55,283 bases of DNA. Source: a virus. Lineage: Duplodnaviria > Caudoviricetes. The position numbers and the translations under genes were made by a program. The stretch is taken from IMG/VR virus record IMGVR_UViG_3300027736_000059, positions 1 to 55,283 of that record. One strand, written 5' to 3'. The notes under the pieces were generated by a model. The model was not told the DNA's origin, ran no database searches, and was given only the letters and a program-made list of their open reading frames with translations. Below are positions 41,816-51,405 of the stretch, one piece after another. Position 1 is the stretch's first letter; each line of letters begins with the position of its first letter.

Positions 41816-44036
41816 TCTGTTAGCTACTGGTGGAATGAAACAACAAGGTGGAACAGTAGACCCTGTTAGCGGTAACGCTGTTCCTGTAGGTTCTCTACAA
41901 AATGAAGTTAGAGACGATGTAGATTCAAAGCTTAGTAATGGTGAGTTTGTTTTCCCTGCTGATGTTACACGCTACATTGGTCTAGATAAGCTTATGCAAA
42001 TCCGTGAAGCAGCCAAGCAAGGACTACAGAAAATGGATAGCATGGGACAGATGGGAAATTCTGAGGAAGTTGTTGGAGACGGAAATAGCGAAGATCAATT
42101 CTCTTCTCACATTGATGACATTATTGCCACTGTTGATGGGAAAGAAGGAGTAAAGAAATTTGCTGGTGGTGGTGGAGTAAATACAACTTCATATAGTGGA
42201 GCGCCTTTGCAGGGATTTTCAATGGAGCTATACGAAGACCCCAAAACAAAAGTAACAAGATACATTCCTTTCCTTAATGGTAAAGCCTTGCTTCCTGTTC
42301 CCTCTGGGTATATAAAGAAAGATGTTTCTGCTCCAGCAACAGACACTACAACGACTACCACTACTCCAGCAACAGCCGTAGATACCACAGGGAAAACAGG
42401 CGGTGGTGGTGGAACAAGTAGGGATGGTACTGATACTACTGGTGGAATAGGTGGCACAGGTGGAGGAACTACTCCTGAAGGATTTGGTGGAATACAAAGC
42501 GGAACAAGTTCAACTATTGGAAAATTTACAGGTCTTCTTCCCGGCCCTCTTGGACTCTTAGCCGCCGCCGCTGTTAAAGTTTATACTAAAATAAATAATG
42601 AACAAGCAGCAGCGGCAAATGCTAAAGCAGTAGACGCTTCTGCTTTATCCTCCATGGGATTTAGTGCCGCGTCTGTAAAAGCTGCACAAGAAGCAGCAGC
42701 TAAGGCAACTCTTGAGGGTAAGTCTGCTAAAGATATTGCAGTTGCAGCAGCTAATGCAGCCTCTGTAGGTGTAGCTACTGGAGCACCAAAAGATTCGTTA
42801 GATGCTTTGATGGGAATTACCAATGCATTTAATACAATGACGAATACACAAGCTCAAGAAAATGCTACAGAGACTTCTGTAAACACTAGTCTTGCTGCTG
42901 CCGGTCTTGAGGGGCAAGTGCCAGCAGGTATGTGGGGCGTAGTTGTTAGCGGAATTCAAGATGGGCTTACTGCACAACAAGCTGTAGATAAGGCTATTCA
43001 AGTTGCTGATACAGCAGTTAATAAAGACGCAGCATTAGCGAATATAGCAGAAGCAACTAAAGAAGCCGTAACTGCTCAAGATACAGCAGATAACAAAGAC
43101 GCAGCAGCAGCTAATATGGCAGCAGCAATTCAAGCAGCCATCAACGCTCAAAATGCTCAGGATACAGCACCTTTATCCTTATCTCAAGTATCAGTAACTT
43201 CGGATGCTTCCATAAGTGATGGTGGTACTGATGGAATTGGTGGCGGCGTTGGCTCTGGTGGTTATAGTGGCCCAGCTTCTGGCGCAACATCCGCAGGTTC
43301 TGCCCCCGGCCCAAGCGCAGGTTCGGCTGCTGGCCCTGCTAGTGGTGGAGAAGGTGGCGATGGCGGTGGCTCTGCTGCTGGTAGCGCAGCCCGTGGAGGT
43401 ATAGGCTTTGGTGGAACTGGTAGCGGTGTAGGTGGTGATGGTGGTGACGGCGGTGGGGGCGGCAATACAGGCCGTGGTGGCGGCGAAGGCGGCGGTGGTG
43501 CTGGCGCTGGTGCTGGGGGCGGTGGTGATGGAGGTGGTGCTGGGGGCGGTGGTGATGGAGGTGGAGGAAACGGCCCAACATGCTTTGTTAAAGGCTCCTT
43601 AGTAACACTTGCTGATGGAAGAAGAATAGCTATTGAAGATGTTGCTGTCGGAGACTTTGTTCTTGGACAGGGCGGCTCTAATGAAGTTGTAGCCTATGAT
43701 CGTCCGCAGTTGATTATCCCAGATGTCCGTAATGGCACTCTTTATGGCATTAACGGCTCTAAGAAATTCATTACTTCAGAACATCCCGTGATGACTAAGG
43801 ATGGCTGGAAAGCTATTGACCAAGAGAACGCTAAGAAGTTTGAGCCTCATCTGAGTAAGATTTTAGTTGGTAGTCTGATAGTTGGTGATCTCCTTGTCAA
43901 AGAAGGTGGAGAACTTATGCTAGTTACTAGCATAGATAAATACACTGATCAGCCTCAACAGCAACTATATAACTTGATGCTCAACGGTGATCATACATAT
44001 TATGTAAATGAAATGCTTGTTCACAATAAAGACTAA
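41802..44036 (+). CDS. Virion-associated protein: N-terminal LSxGEFV domain, Ala/Gly-rich linker, C-terminal Hint domain
   Basis: RDDVDSKLSNGEFVFPADV; Hint block A CFVKGSLV, block B TSEHP, LYNL...YYVNxxLVHN followed by KD-stop. Confidence 0.8.
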   Translation: MPTNNLLATGGMKQQGGTVDPVSGNAVPVGSLQNEVRDDVDSKLSNGEFVFPADVTRYIGLDKLMQIREAAKQGLQKMDSMGQMGNSEEVVGDGNSEDQFSSHIDDIIATVDGKEGVKKFAGGGGVNTTSYSGAPLQGFSMELYEDPKTKVTRYIPFLNGKALLPVPSGYIKKDVSAPATDTTTTTTTPATAVDTTGKTGGGGGTSRDGTDTTGGIGGTGGGTTPEGFGGIQSGTSSTIGKFTGLLPGPLGLLAAAAVKVYTKINNEQAAAANAKAVDASALSSMGFSAASVKAAQEAAAKATLEGKSAKDIAVAAANAASVGVATGAPKDSLDALMGITNAFNTMTNTQAQENATETSVNTSLAAAGLEGQVPAGMWGVVVSGIQDGLTAQQAVDKAIQVADTAVNKDAALANIAEATKEAVTAQDTADNKDAAAANMAAAIQAAINAQNAQDTAPLSLSQVSVTSDASISDGGTDGIGGGVGSGGYSGPASGATSAGSAPGPSAGSAAGPASGGEGGDGGGSAAGSAARGGIGFGGTGSGVGGDGGDGGGGGNTGRGGGEGGGGAGAGAGGGGDGGGAGGGGDGGGGNGPTCFVKGSLVTLADGRRIAIEDVAVGDFVLGQGGSNEVVAYDRPQLIIPDVRNGTLYGINGSKKFITSEHPVMTKDGWKAIDQENAKKFEPHLSKILVGSLIVGDLLVKEGGELMLVTSIDKYTDQPQQQLYNLMLNGDHTYYVNEMLVHNKD

Positions 44037-44170
44037 AGTAAACTGATATATAATACAAATATCTAAACCAGTGGTGAGCTGGAAGATACTTAATAACAAC
44101 CCACCATTATTGGCTAACCTGACTCCCCGATTTATCGGCTACAGACCAGCCCCAACTTAAGGATATATTT

Positions 44171-45028
44171 ATGACAGAAGCAGTGATGGAAAAACAAGAA
44201 CAGAAGACAGCATTTGCTAGCCGCAATGCTAATGACGAAAGAATTAAAAAAGAAGAAGACGAACTAAAAGATTTAATTAATCTAAACACAGAAGGAAAAC
44301 CGGCCTCAGTTAACCCAGAAGACGATAGCAACTTAAATGCAGAGGAAAAAACATTTAAGAAACGCTATGGCGATTTAAGAAGTCATTCCCAAAAGCAGCA
44401 AATTCAACTTCAGAAAGAGATTGATGAGCTTCGGGAACAGCTACAGAAGAGTACCAGCAATCAGATTAAACTCCCTACCAGCGATGAAGACCTAGCTGCT
44501 TGGGCTAATGAGTATCCTGATGTTGCCCGTATTGTAGAAACAATTGCAATCAAAAAAGCCAAAGAACAATCAGCAGAACTAGACCAGCGCTTTAAAGCTC
44601 TGGACGATAGGGAGCAGGAGACTGCCAGAGAAAAGGCAGAGGCTGAGTTGCTTCGTATGCATCCCGACTTTGAGAATATCAAAGACAGTGATGAGTTTCA
44701 CAATTGGGTGGAAGAGCAGCCTAAGTGGGTACAGAACGCTTTGTATGAGAATGACACAGACGCTAAAGCAGCATCCCGTGCCATTGATTTGTACAAGGCA
44801 GATAAGGGAATTGGTAAACCAAAGAAGGCAGATAATCGAAGTGCAGCCGAAAGTGTCTCCACTAGAAGCAGCCGTTCTGCTCCTTCTGGTCAGGACATGG
44901 ACGGGGTTATTTATGAATCCCAAGTTAATTCCATGACATCCCATCAGTATGAAGCTAACCAAGAAGCCATCTCAAAGGCTATTAAATCTGGTAAGTTTGT
45001 ATACGATCTAAGTGGCAACGCACGTTAA
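44171..45028 (+). CDS. Capsid scaffolding protein
   Basis: FKKRYGDLR, HPDF, FxxWVxxQP, AIDLYK; acidic coiled coil directly upstream of the capsid gene. Confidence 0.8.
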   Translation: MTEAVMEKQEQKTAFASRNANDERIKKEEDELKDLINLNTEGKPASVNPEDDSNLNAEEKTFKKRYGDLRSHSQKQQIQLQKEIDELREQLQKSTSNQIKLPTSDEDLAAWANEYPDVARIVETIAIKKAKEQSAELDQRFKALDDREQETAREKAEAELLRMHPDFENIKDSDEFHNWVEEQPKWVQNALYENDTDAKAASRAIDLYKADKGIGKPKKADNRSAAESVSTRSSRSAPSGQDMDGVIYESQVNSMTSHQYEANQEAISKAIKSGKFVYDLSGNAR

Positions 45029-45031
45029 GTG

Positions 45032-45059
45032 TTGACACCTTTTGAAAATGTGATATAAC
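45032..45059 (+). promoter_or_regulatory. Sigma70-like promoter for capsid genes
   Basis: TTGACA-N16-TATAAC with an upstream TG. Confidence 0.6.
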
Positions 45060-45291
45060 CTTAAGCAAGGCCATTGATTTGGTCTTGCTCTTGGGTCTTC
45101 GCCGTTATCCGTAACCACCGAAAGCCCTAGAATGTTTAACGCAAACTGTCAGTAAGCAGATTACCCAAATAATCTAGCCAATAAATAAAAGTCCTCTAGA
45201 AGATTTTTATATATTCACCTAGCATGATTGGCCCTGTGGAACTAGGTCAGCGTATATAAGTATATGCCCATCTATCTATAGGAGAAATATC

Positions 45292-46362
45292 ATGGCATTT
45301 CCCAAGGCAACGGGTTACGGCAATTTACCTAATGGTAATTTTAGTCCAGTAATCTATTCCAAGCAAGTACAACTTGCATTCCGTAAGGCTTCCACTGTTG
45401 AAGCCGTGACCAACAACGACTATTTTGGCGAGATTGCCAACATGGGCGATTCGGTTAAGATCATCAAAGAGCCTGAAGTTAGCGTTCAGTCGTATGCTCG
45501 TGGTACACAAATCACTGCACAAGACCTGAATGATGAGGACTTCACACTTGTTGTCGATCAGGCTAACTACTATGCCTTCAAGATTGATGACATTGAAGCC
45601 GCTCACTCCCATGTAAATTTCATGCAAATGGCTTCTGATCGCGCTGCTTATCGCATCCGTGACCAGTATGACCAAGACGTTTTGGGTTACATGTCTGGCT
45701 ATCAGCAATCCGCTAAGCATGCTCAAGCAGGTACAGCCCGTACTACCTACCCCGGTACTAAGGCATTGACTGAAGCTGGCTCCAACGAATTGCTGTCCAC
45801 CATGCAATTGAAGAAGAGTGACTTTGGTAACATTACTACCGCCTCCGCTGGTGACCATTCCATTCCTTTGGCTGCTCGTCTGCCGGGTGCTACCGCACTG
45901 CCCACGGCTACGGCTTCTCCTCTGATGGTGATTTCCCGTATGAGCCGTTTGCTAGACCAACAGTTCGTTGACACTAGCGGACGCTGGTTGGTGATTGACC
46001 CCATCTTCATGGAACTGTTGAAAGACGAAGACAGCCGCTTGCTTAACAGCTTGTTCGGTGGTTCTGGTCTGCAAAACGGTTTGGTAGTGGACAACCTGCA
46101 CGGCTTCAAAGTGTATGTGTCTAACAACCTGCCTAAGGTTGGTACAGGCGCTGGCACTACAGGTACGGCTAACCAGAACACCAACTTCGGTGTTATCGTT
46201 GCCGGTCACCAGTCTGCTATTGCTACCGCTCAGCAGATCACCAAGACAGAAACCTATCGTGACCCAGATAGCTTTGCTGACATCGTGCGTGGTATGCATC
46301 TCTATGGTCGCAAAATCTTGCGTCCTGAGGGCATCGTCACTGCTAAGTATAACGCTGCTTAA
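45292..46362 (+). CDS. Major capsid protein
   Basis: GNFSPVIYSK, TNxDYFGEI, GDSVKI, FxIDDIE, DSFADIVRGMHLYGRKILRPE; strong AGGAG SD and biased codon usage. Confidence 0.92.
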   Translation: MAFPKATGYGNLPNGNFSPVIYSKQVQLAFRKASTVEAVTNNDYFGEIANMGDSVKIIKEPEVSVQSYARGTQITAQDLNDEDFTLVVDQANYYAFKIDDIEAAHSHVNFMQMASDRAAYRIRDQYDQDVLGYMSGYQQSAKHAQAGTARTTYPGTKALTEAGSNELLSTMQLKKSDFGNITTASAGDHSIPLAARLPGATALPTATASPLMVISRMSRLLDQQFVDTSGRWLVIDPIFMELLKDEDSRLLNSLFGGSGLQNGLVVDNLHGFKVYVSNNLPKVGTGAGTTGTANQNTNFGVIVAGHQSAIATAQQITKTETYRDPDSFADIVRGMHLYGRKILRPEGIVTAKYNAA

Positions 46363-46373
46363 GGAGAACATAA

Positions 46374-46868
46374 ATGGCAACTATTACCACTCTCTCTAAT
46401 GCTGTCGGTGCAGGTACACAACCTGTCCGTTCTGTCCGCAACTCCCCCTATATGGTTGAGAATACCATTAGTTGGTCTGCTGCTGCAACGGCAAAAGGTA
46501 GTGTCCTCGCCGCCGCTGATGTAATCGAAGCTCTGCAAATCCCTGCACAATCCATTGTGTTGGCTGCTGGCTTCGAAGTTATTACCGCCGCTACAGGTAG
46601 CTGCACGGTGAGCTTGGGTGTTACCGGCGTGACTGCTGCTGCTTATGTGTCGGCTTTCGCTGTCACTAGCTCGGCTACCGCTGGCACTTATGCAACCCCT
46701 GCAACTGCTGGCTATCCGATTGTTTCGCAGTCTGCTGATACGCTGGACTTGTTGCTTGTCACTGAGACTACAACTCTCAGCGCTGGCTCTATCCGTGTGT
46801 TTGCTTTGATTGTTGACGCACAAGATCGTGTTGGCCCCACCTCGGTAGACCGTGAACAGTTGGCTTAA
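46374..46868 (+). CDS. Capsid decoration/minor head protein
   Basis: Follows the MCP with the same codon bias and precedes a terminator; A/T/V-rich, beta-type composition. Confidence 0.6.
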   Translation: MATITTLSNAVGAGTQPVRSVRNSPYMVENTISWSAAATAKGSVLAAADVIEALQIPAQSIVLAAGFEVITAATGSCTVSLGVTGVTAAAYVSAFAVTSSATAGTYATPATAGYPIVSQSADTLDLLLVTETTTLSAGSIRVFALIVDAQDRVGPTSVDREQLA

Positions 46869-46885
46869 GCGCTAACTACCTGATC

Positions 46886-46923
46886 AGGGGCAGCTTCCAC
46901 AAGAGGTTGCCCCTTTTCTTTTT
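46886..46923 (+). terminator. Intrinsic terminator after the capsid genes
   Basis: aggggcagctt-ccacaag-aggttgcccct followed by a T-rich tract. Confidence 0.85.
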
Positions 46924-46937
46924 GTTAAAGGATTAAT

Positions 46938-47381
46938 ATGGCTATCACTTCCGCAGTTTGTACAAGCTTTAAGAAGGAGCTTCTAGAGCGCAAGCACGAC
47001 TTTAATTCAACGTCTGCTCATACATTTAAGATTGCTCTCTTCACTTCTGCTGCTACTCTCGGTGCTTCCACCACAGCCTACACCACTACTAACGAAGTTG
47101 TTGGTACAGGCTATACAGCCGGTGGAACTACACTAACTAATATTGACCCCACCTCCAGTGGGACTACAGCATTCGTTGACTTCAATGATGCTACATGGTC
47201 TAGTGCAACTATCACTGCTGCTGGTGCTTTGATTTATAACACTACCACGGATGGTGGCACAGGAACAACTAATGCTGTTGCTGTCATTTCTTTTGGTGGG
47301 GATAAGACCTCAACCAACGGTGATTTTGTTGTGCAGTTCCCAACAGCAGACGCTACCAACGCTATCGTTAGAATTGCTTAA
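46938..47381 (+). CDS. Conserved virion structural protein
   Basis: MAITxAxCTSFKxELL, FKIALFT, GYTAGG, GALIYN, FGGDKTST. Confidence 0.75.
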   Translation: MAITSAVCTSFKKELLERKHDFNSTSAHTFKIALFTSAATLGASTTAYTTTNEVVGTGYTAGGTTLTNIDPTSSGTTAFVDFNDATWSSATITAAGALIYNTTTDGGTGTTNAVAVISFGGDKTSTNGDFVVQFPTADATNAIVRIA

Positions 47382-47392
47382 GGAGTAGTCCT

Positions 47393-48361
47393 GTGGCTAC
47401 TACAACCCGCTCTGGGGCCATATACGGTATAGGTAGGTATGGCGCTGTAAGGTACGGCTCAACTAGTGTTGCCTACGTTCCTGATGGTTTAGAAGCCACA
47501 GGTTCAGTAGGCAGCATCACTATAGTTGGTAAAGCCAGTGTCTTAATTAGCGGAGTAGAAGCCACAAGCTCTGTGGGTTCTGTAATAGTAGTGGCTAAGG
47601 CTACTGCTGTTGTATCTGGAGTTAGCGCAAGTAGCGCAGTTGGCACTGTTAGTATATTAGCTGGAGCTGTTGTAGCACCTACTGGTGTACAAGCATCAGC
47701 TAGTGTAGGTTCTATAACAGTAGTAGCAAAGGCTGTCACTAGTGTCAGCGGCGTAGAGGCGACAGGTTCTGTAGGTGATGTAGTTGTAGTGGCTAAGGCT
47801 ACTACTGTTGTATCTGGAGTTAGTGTCACAGCATCCGTAGGGGATGTGCTGGTTCGTTCTATCAACAGGATTCCTGTAGACGGAATAGGAACAGTTGCTA
47901 GTATAGGTGACGTAGTTGTAGTGGCTAAGGCAGTCACTGGAATTACTGGGGTTAGTGCTTCTTCTAGTATTGGAGAAGTTGCAGTAACGGCGGCTAGTAT
48001 AACTACCATTACTGGTTTAAGTACTACAGCCAGTATAGGAAGTGTCAATATTGCTGTGGGTATTGTTATACCCATAGTGGGTATATCTGGTATAACCCAG
48101 CTTGGTAGTGTTACAATAACTACTTCGTCTTTTGATTATGCTGCTGTAGCTAGTTTATATGACAGAAAGCGTACAGTATATGTTGAGAGACATAGCCTCA
48201 GTAAAGATAGAACAGTGCTTGTACAGCAAGAAATTAGAAAAGTATATGTTGAAGCTAAAGGTACATCATCGACACGAGTAGCCAATGTGTCGGTGTTGCC
48301 TAGAAGAGCGTACATGTATAGAAAGACAACTTCTTCAGATAGAAGTGTTTTAGTAGCTTAA
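47393..48361 (+). CDS. Repeat-rich virion fibre-like protein
   Basis: About ten ~21-aa repeats of GVxAxxSVGxVxVxAKA; GTG start with AGGAG SD. Confidence 0.7.
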   Translation: MATTTRSGAIYGIGRYGAVRYGSTSVAYVPDGLEATGSVGSITIVGKASVLISGVEATSSVGSVIVVAKATAVVSGVSASSAVGTVSILAGAVVAPTGVQASASVGSITVVAKAVTSVSGVEATGSVGDVVVVAKATTVVSGVSVTASVGDVLVRSINRIPVDGIGTVASIGDVVVVAKAVTGITGVSASSSIGEVAVTAASITTITGLSTTASIGSVNIAVGIVIPIVGISGITQLGSVTITTSSFDYAAVASLYDRKRTVYVERHSLSKDRTVLVQQEIRKVYVEAKGTSSTRVANVSVLPRRAYMYRKTTSSDRSVLVA

Positions 48362-48370
48362 GGAAAAACA

Positions 48371-48688
48371 ATGTCGTTTAGATGGCCTAATAAAGACCCA
48401 GATGAAATACTTGATTACAGTGTAGACTGGTCTAGATGGATAGGTACTGCCACGATTAGTTCTGTTACTTGGTATGTAGATAATTCTTCTGGAGTTAAGA
48501 CAGCCCTTCCTGCTAGCACCACTGTGAATGGAATACAGAATGTATCTCAAACAATTAGTGGCGCTGTTGCTACAATTAATCTAGGTTTAGGAACTAATAA
48601 TACGGAGTATAAATTTACTTGCAGTATTACAGATAGTACAGGGAATGTTGTAGAGCGTGTTATTAGACTTAGAGTTAAGGAGCAATGA
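48371..48688 (+). CDS. Fibre/tail adaptor-like protein
   Basis: KDPDExLDYxVDW motif. Confidence 0.6.
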   Translation: MSFRWPNKDPDEILDYSVDWSRWIGTATISSVTWYVDNSSGVKTALPASTTVNGIQNVSQTISGAVATINLGLGTNNTEYKFTCSITDSTGNVVERVIRLRVKEQ

Positions 48689-48689
48689 C

Positions 48690-49418
48690 ATGGCCTACAA
48701 TTTTTTAGATTTAGTTAATGAAGTTAATAGAGCGCTCAACGAAGTCGAATTAACTTCAACTACTTTTCCAAACGCCGTTGGTTTCTATGCTAAGGTTAAA
48801 GACTCAGTTAACACAGCAATCAGAGATATCAACCATACTCACTATGAGTGGCCCTTTAACCATGTATTAGCAGAAGAAACATTAACTGCGGGTACTATTA
48901 GATATGCTTATCCAACAGATGCAAATACTTTAGATTTTGATTCATTCCGTATTAGAGAAGACGCTACACTAGGAAACAGAACAGTAAAGCTGTCTTCTAT
49001 TTCCTATGAAGATTATCTAGATAGATTTATTGATCACGAGTATACAACCGAAACAAATAAACGAACTCTACCTACTTATGTATTTCAATCTCCTAGCTTA
49101 GAGTTTGGTGTTGTTCCTGCCCCTGATCAGGCTTATGAAGTGCTGTATGAGTATTATAGAATTCCTGTAGACTTAGCAAGCTATAGCGATGTTCCTGATA
49201 TTCCAGAAAGATTTAGACATGTCATTGTAGATGGGGCCATGTTCTACGCTTATATGTTCAGAGGTAATGAGCAGTCTGCTGGTATATCAAAACAGAAATA
49301 TGATGAAGGTGTTAAGAGAATGCGTAGTATGCTTGTTAACCGTTATGGATATGTACGTTCTGGAATGATTACTCCTGCCAGTGGTTCAGTAAGATCGTTT
49401 GGTGACAGGGTTAAATAA
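48690..49418 (+). CDS. Tail tubular protein A / head-tail adaptor
   Basis: LxLVNxVxxxLNEV, WPF, PxPDxAY, IPERFxxVIVDGA; start reassigned. Confidence 0.75.
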   Translation: MAYNFLDLVNEVNRALNEVELTSTTFPNAVGFYAKVKDSVNTAIRDINHTHYEWPFNHVLAEETLTAGTIRYAYPTDANTLDFDSFRIREDATLGNRTVKLSSISYEDYLDRFIDHEYTTETNKRTLPTYVFQSPSLEFGVVPAPDQAYEVLYEYYRIPVDLASYSDVPDIPERFRHVIVDGAMFYAYMFRGNEQSAGISKQKYDEGVKRMRSMLVNRYGYVRSGMITPASGSVRSFGDRVK

Positions 49419-49419
49419 T

Positions 49420-51396
49420 ATGGCAGACGCTTGGAAGACTTATGCCTTTGAGTTTGGTGGTGGACTTATATCAAATTTCTCACCACTACAGCACGGTGTC
49501 AAAGCTCCGGGAAGTGCGCGTATTCTTAAGAATTTTGAGCCTTCTATTAACGGTGGCTACAAAAGAATTGAGGGATTTACCAAATTCTCTAGCAGTTTTA
49601 TTCCTGCTTATGGTGAACCAAAGGTGCATGGTAGTGGTCAGACAGGGACATCACTAACACTGGCTAACATCTATACCGCTCCTTTAGAAGGGTCTACCTT
49701 CACTATAGCTGGTGTTACAGGGACATACACAGTAGCCACTGGTGGTGTCTCCTTTGATAGTTCTTACAAAAGAGTTACATTAACTCTAACTACTTCCTTA
49801 GCCAGCAGCCCTGCTGATAAAGCGGCTATAACTTTTACGTCCCATTCTGGTACAGTGTTAGGTATAGCCTACTGGAGTACCAGAGCTATTGCCTCTAGAA
49901 ATTCTAGTGTCTATTCCTCCACTGGAGCTTCTTGGACAAAGATTAGTAAGCCTTCCTATGGAACAGTGCTGGTTAATGGTGCTAGTCAAACAGGTTCTTC
50001 CTTGGCTATAGATGGATTAACCGCCGCCCCAAGGATTGGTGATACCTTCAGTATTGCTGGTGTAGAGAAAGTATATACTGTAACGGCTAACGCTACAGTT
50101 ACTAGTGGCGGTGCTACGATCTCTATTAATCCTGCTCTTGCTTCTAGTCCTGCTGACAATGCTTCAGTTTCTTGGCTATCATTGGATAGAAGTGGCGCAT
50201 TAAAGATGCGTACTTCTAAGTATAGAATTGCATCTACAGAAAAGATTGTTGGTGTGGACGGTTATAATTTTCCATTTACATTTAATGGTACAACCTTTAC
50301 TGAATTAAACAGCACATCAGATTTAGAGGGAGCAGAGTTTGTTGTCTTCCATAAGAATCAATTGTTCTTTGCTGTTGGTAGTAATTTAATATTCACCGCA
50401 CCTTATAGCGATTCAGACTTCACTGCTGTCAATGGCTCAGGTATTATTTCCATTGGTGCTAAGATTACTGGCCTCATTGTATTCAGGGATGTTTTAGTTA
50501 TCTTTACAGAAAGAACTATAAACCAACTTGTTGGTAATACAATATCAGATTTTAACTTACAGCCTATCACTAGGAATGTGGGCTGTGTATCCTCAGATAC
50601 TATACAAGAAATGGGTGGGGATGTTATATTCTTAGGTTCAGATGGGTTGCGCTTACTTGGCCTTACTGATAGGGTAGGAGACTTCAATCTTGGGTTAGTA
50701 TCTAAGCCAATACAAACAGAAATGACAGACCTCATTTCTTCTTGTAGCAGTTTTTCTAGTGTTGTTATTAAACAAAAGTCTCAGTATAGATTATTGGGAT
50801 TTAATGAGAATACTAAAGCGGCTAGTTCTAAAGGAATTTTAGGTACTCAGATGGCTAGTGATAATACCAGTAATATAGCTTGGGCAGAACTTTCTGGTAT
50901 AAGGGCTTATGTTGCTGATTCTTATTATGCTGATAAAGTAGAAACTATTGTATTTGCAAATACAGATGGGTATGCTTATCAGATGGAGAGTGGTAATACT
51001 TTTGATGGGGCAAGTATTCCTGCTTCTTTTGCTACTCCGTATGTGTTTATGGATGACCCCAGAATTAGGAAGACAATGTATAAGCTCTTCCTTTATACAG
51101 ACCCACAGGGCAGTATATCCATAGATAGTAGTTTGAAGTTTGATTTTGATACTATCGGCAGTGTACAGCCTTCAGCGATAGGGCTTAGCAATACGACATC
51201 TGCTGTGGGATTTTATGGTACAAGTGTAGCAAAATATGGTACAACTACATACGGAACTAAACTTAAGAAACTATTTGAGACACAGCTAATTGGGTCAGGA
51301 TTCTTTGTATCTTTACAGTTTACTTCTGAAAGTACAAACCCACCATTTTCTTTGGATGCTGCTACGTTAGAGTATTCAACACATGATAGACGTTAA
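49420..51396 (+). CDS. Tail tubular protein B / nozzle
   Basis: GGL, LxNFEP...GGYxRIxG, ITGLxVFRD, GDVIFLxxDGLR; carries two inserted repeats. Confidence 0.75.
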   Translation: MADAWKTYAFEFGGGLISNFSPLQHGVKAPGSARILKNFEPSINGGYKRIEGFTKFSSSFIPAYGEPKVHGSGQTGTSLTLANIYTAPLEGSTFTIAGVTGTYTVATGGVSFDSSYKRVTLTLTTSLASSPADKAAITFTSHSGTVLGIAYWSTRAIASRNSSVYSSTGASWTKISKPSYGTVLVNGASQTGSSLAIDGLTAAPRIGDTFSIAGVEKVYTVTANATVTSGGATISINPALASSPADNASVSWLSLDRSGALKMRTSKYRIASTEKIVGVDGYNFPFTFNGTTFTELNSTSDLEGAEFVVFHKNQLFFAVGSNLIFTAPYSDSDFTAVNGSGIISIGAKITGLIVFRDVLVIFTERTINQLVGNTISDFNLQPITRNVGCVSSDTIQEMGGDVIFLGSDGLRLLGLTDRVGDFNLGLVSKPIQTEMTDLISSCSSFSSVVIKQKSQYRLLGFNENTKAASSKGILGTQMASDNTSNIAWAELSGIRAYVADSYYADKVETIVFANTDGYAYQMESGNTFDGASIPASFATPYVFMDDPRIRKTMYKLFLYTDPQGSISIDSSLKFDFDTIGSVQPSAIGLSNTTSAVGFYGTSVAKYGTTTYGTKLKKLFETQLIGSGFFVSLQFTSESTNPPFSLDAATLEYSTHDRR

Positions 51397-51405
51397 GGAA
51401 AAACT

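Noticed and set aside
43581-44036. Canonical splicing intein or homing element
   Set aside because: No endonuclease domain, and the residue after His-Asn is Lys followed by Asp-stop.
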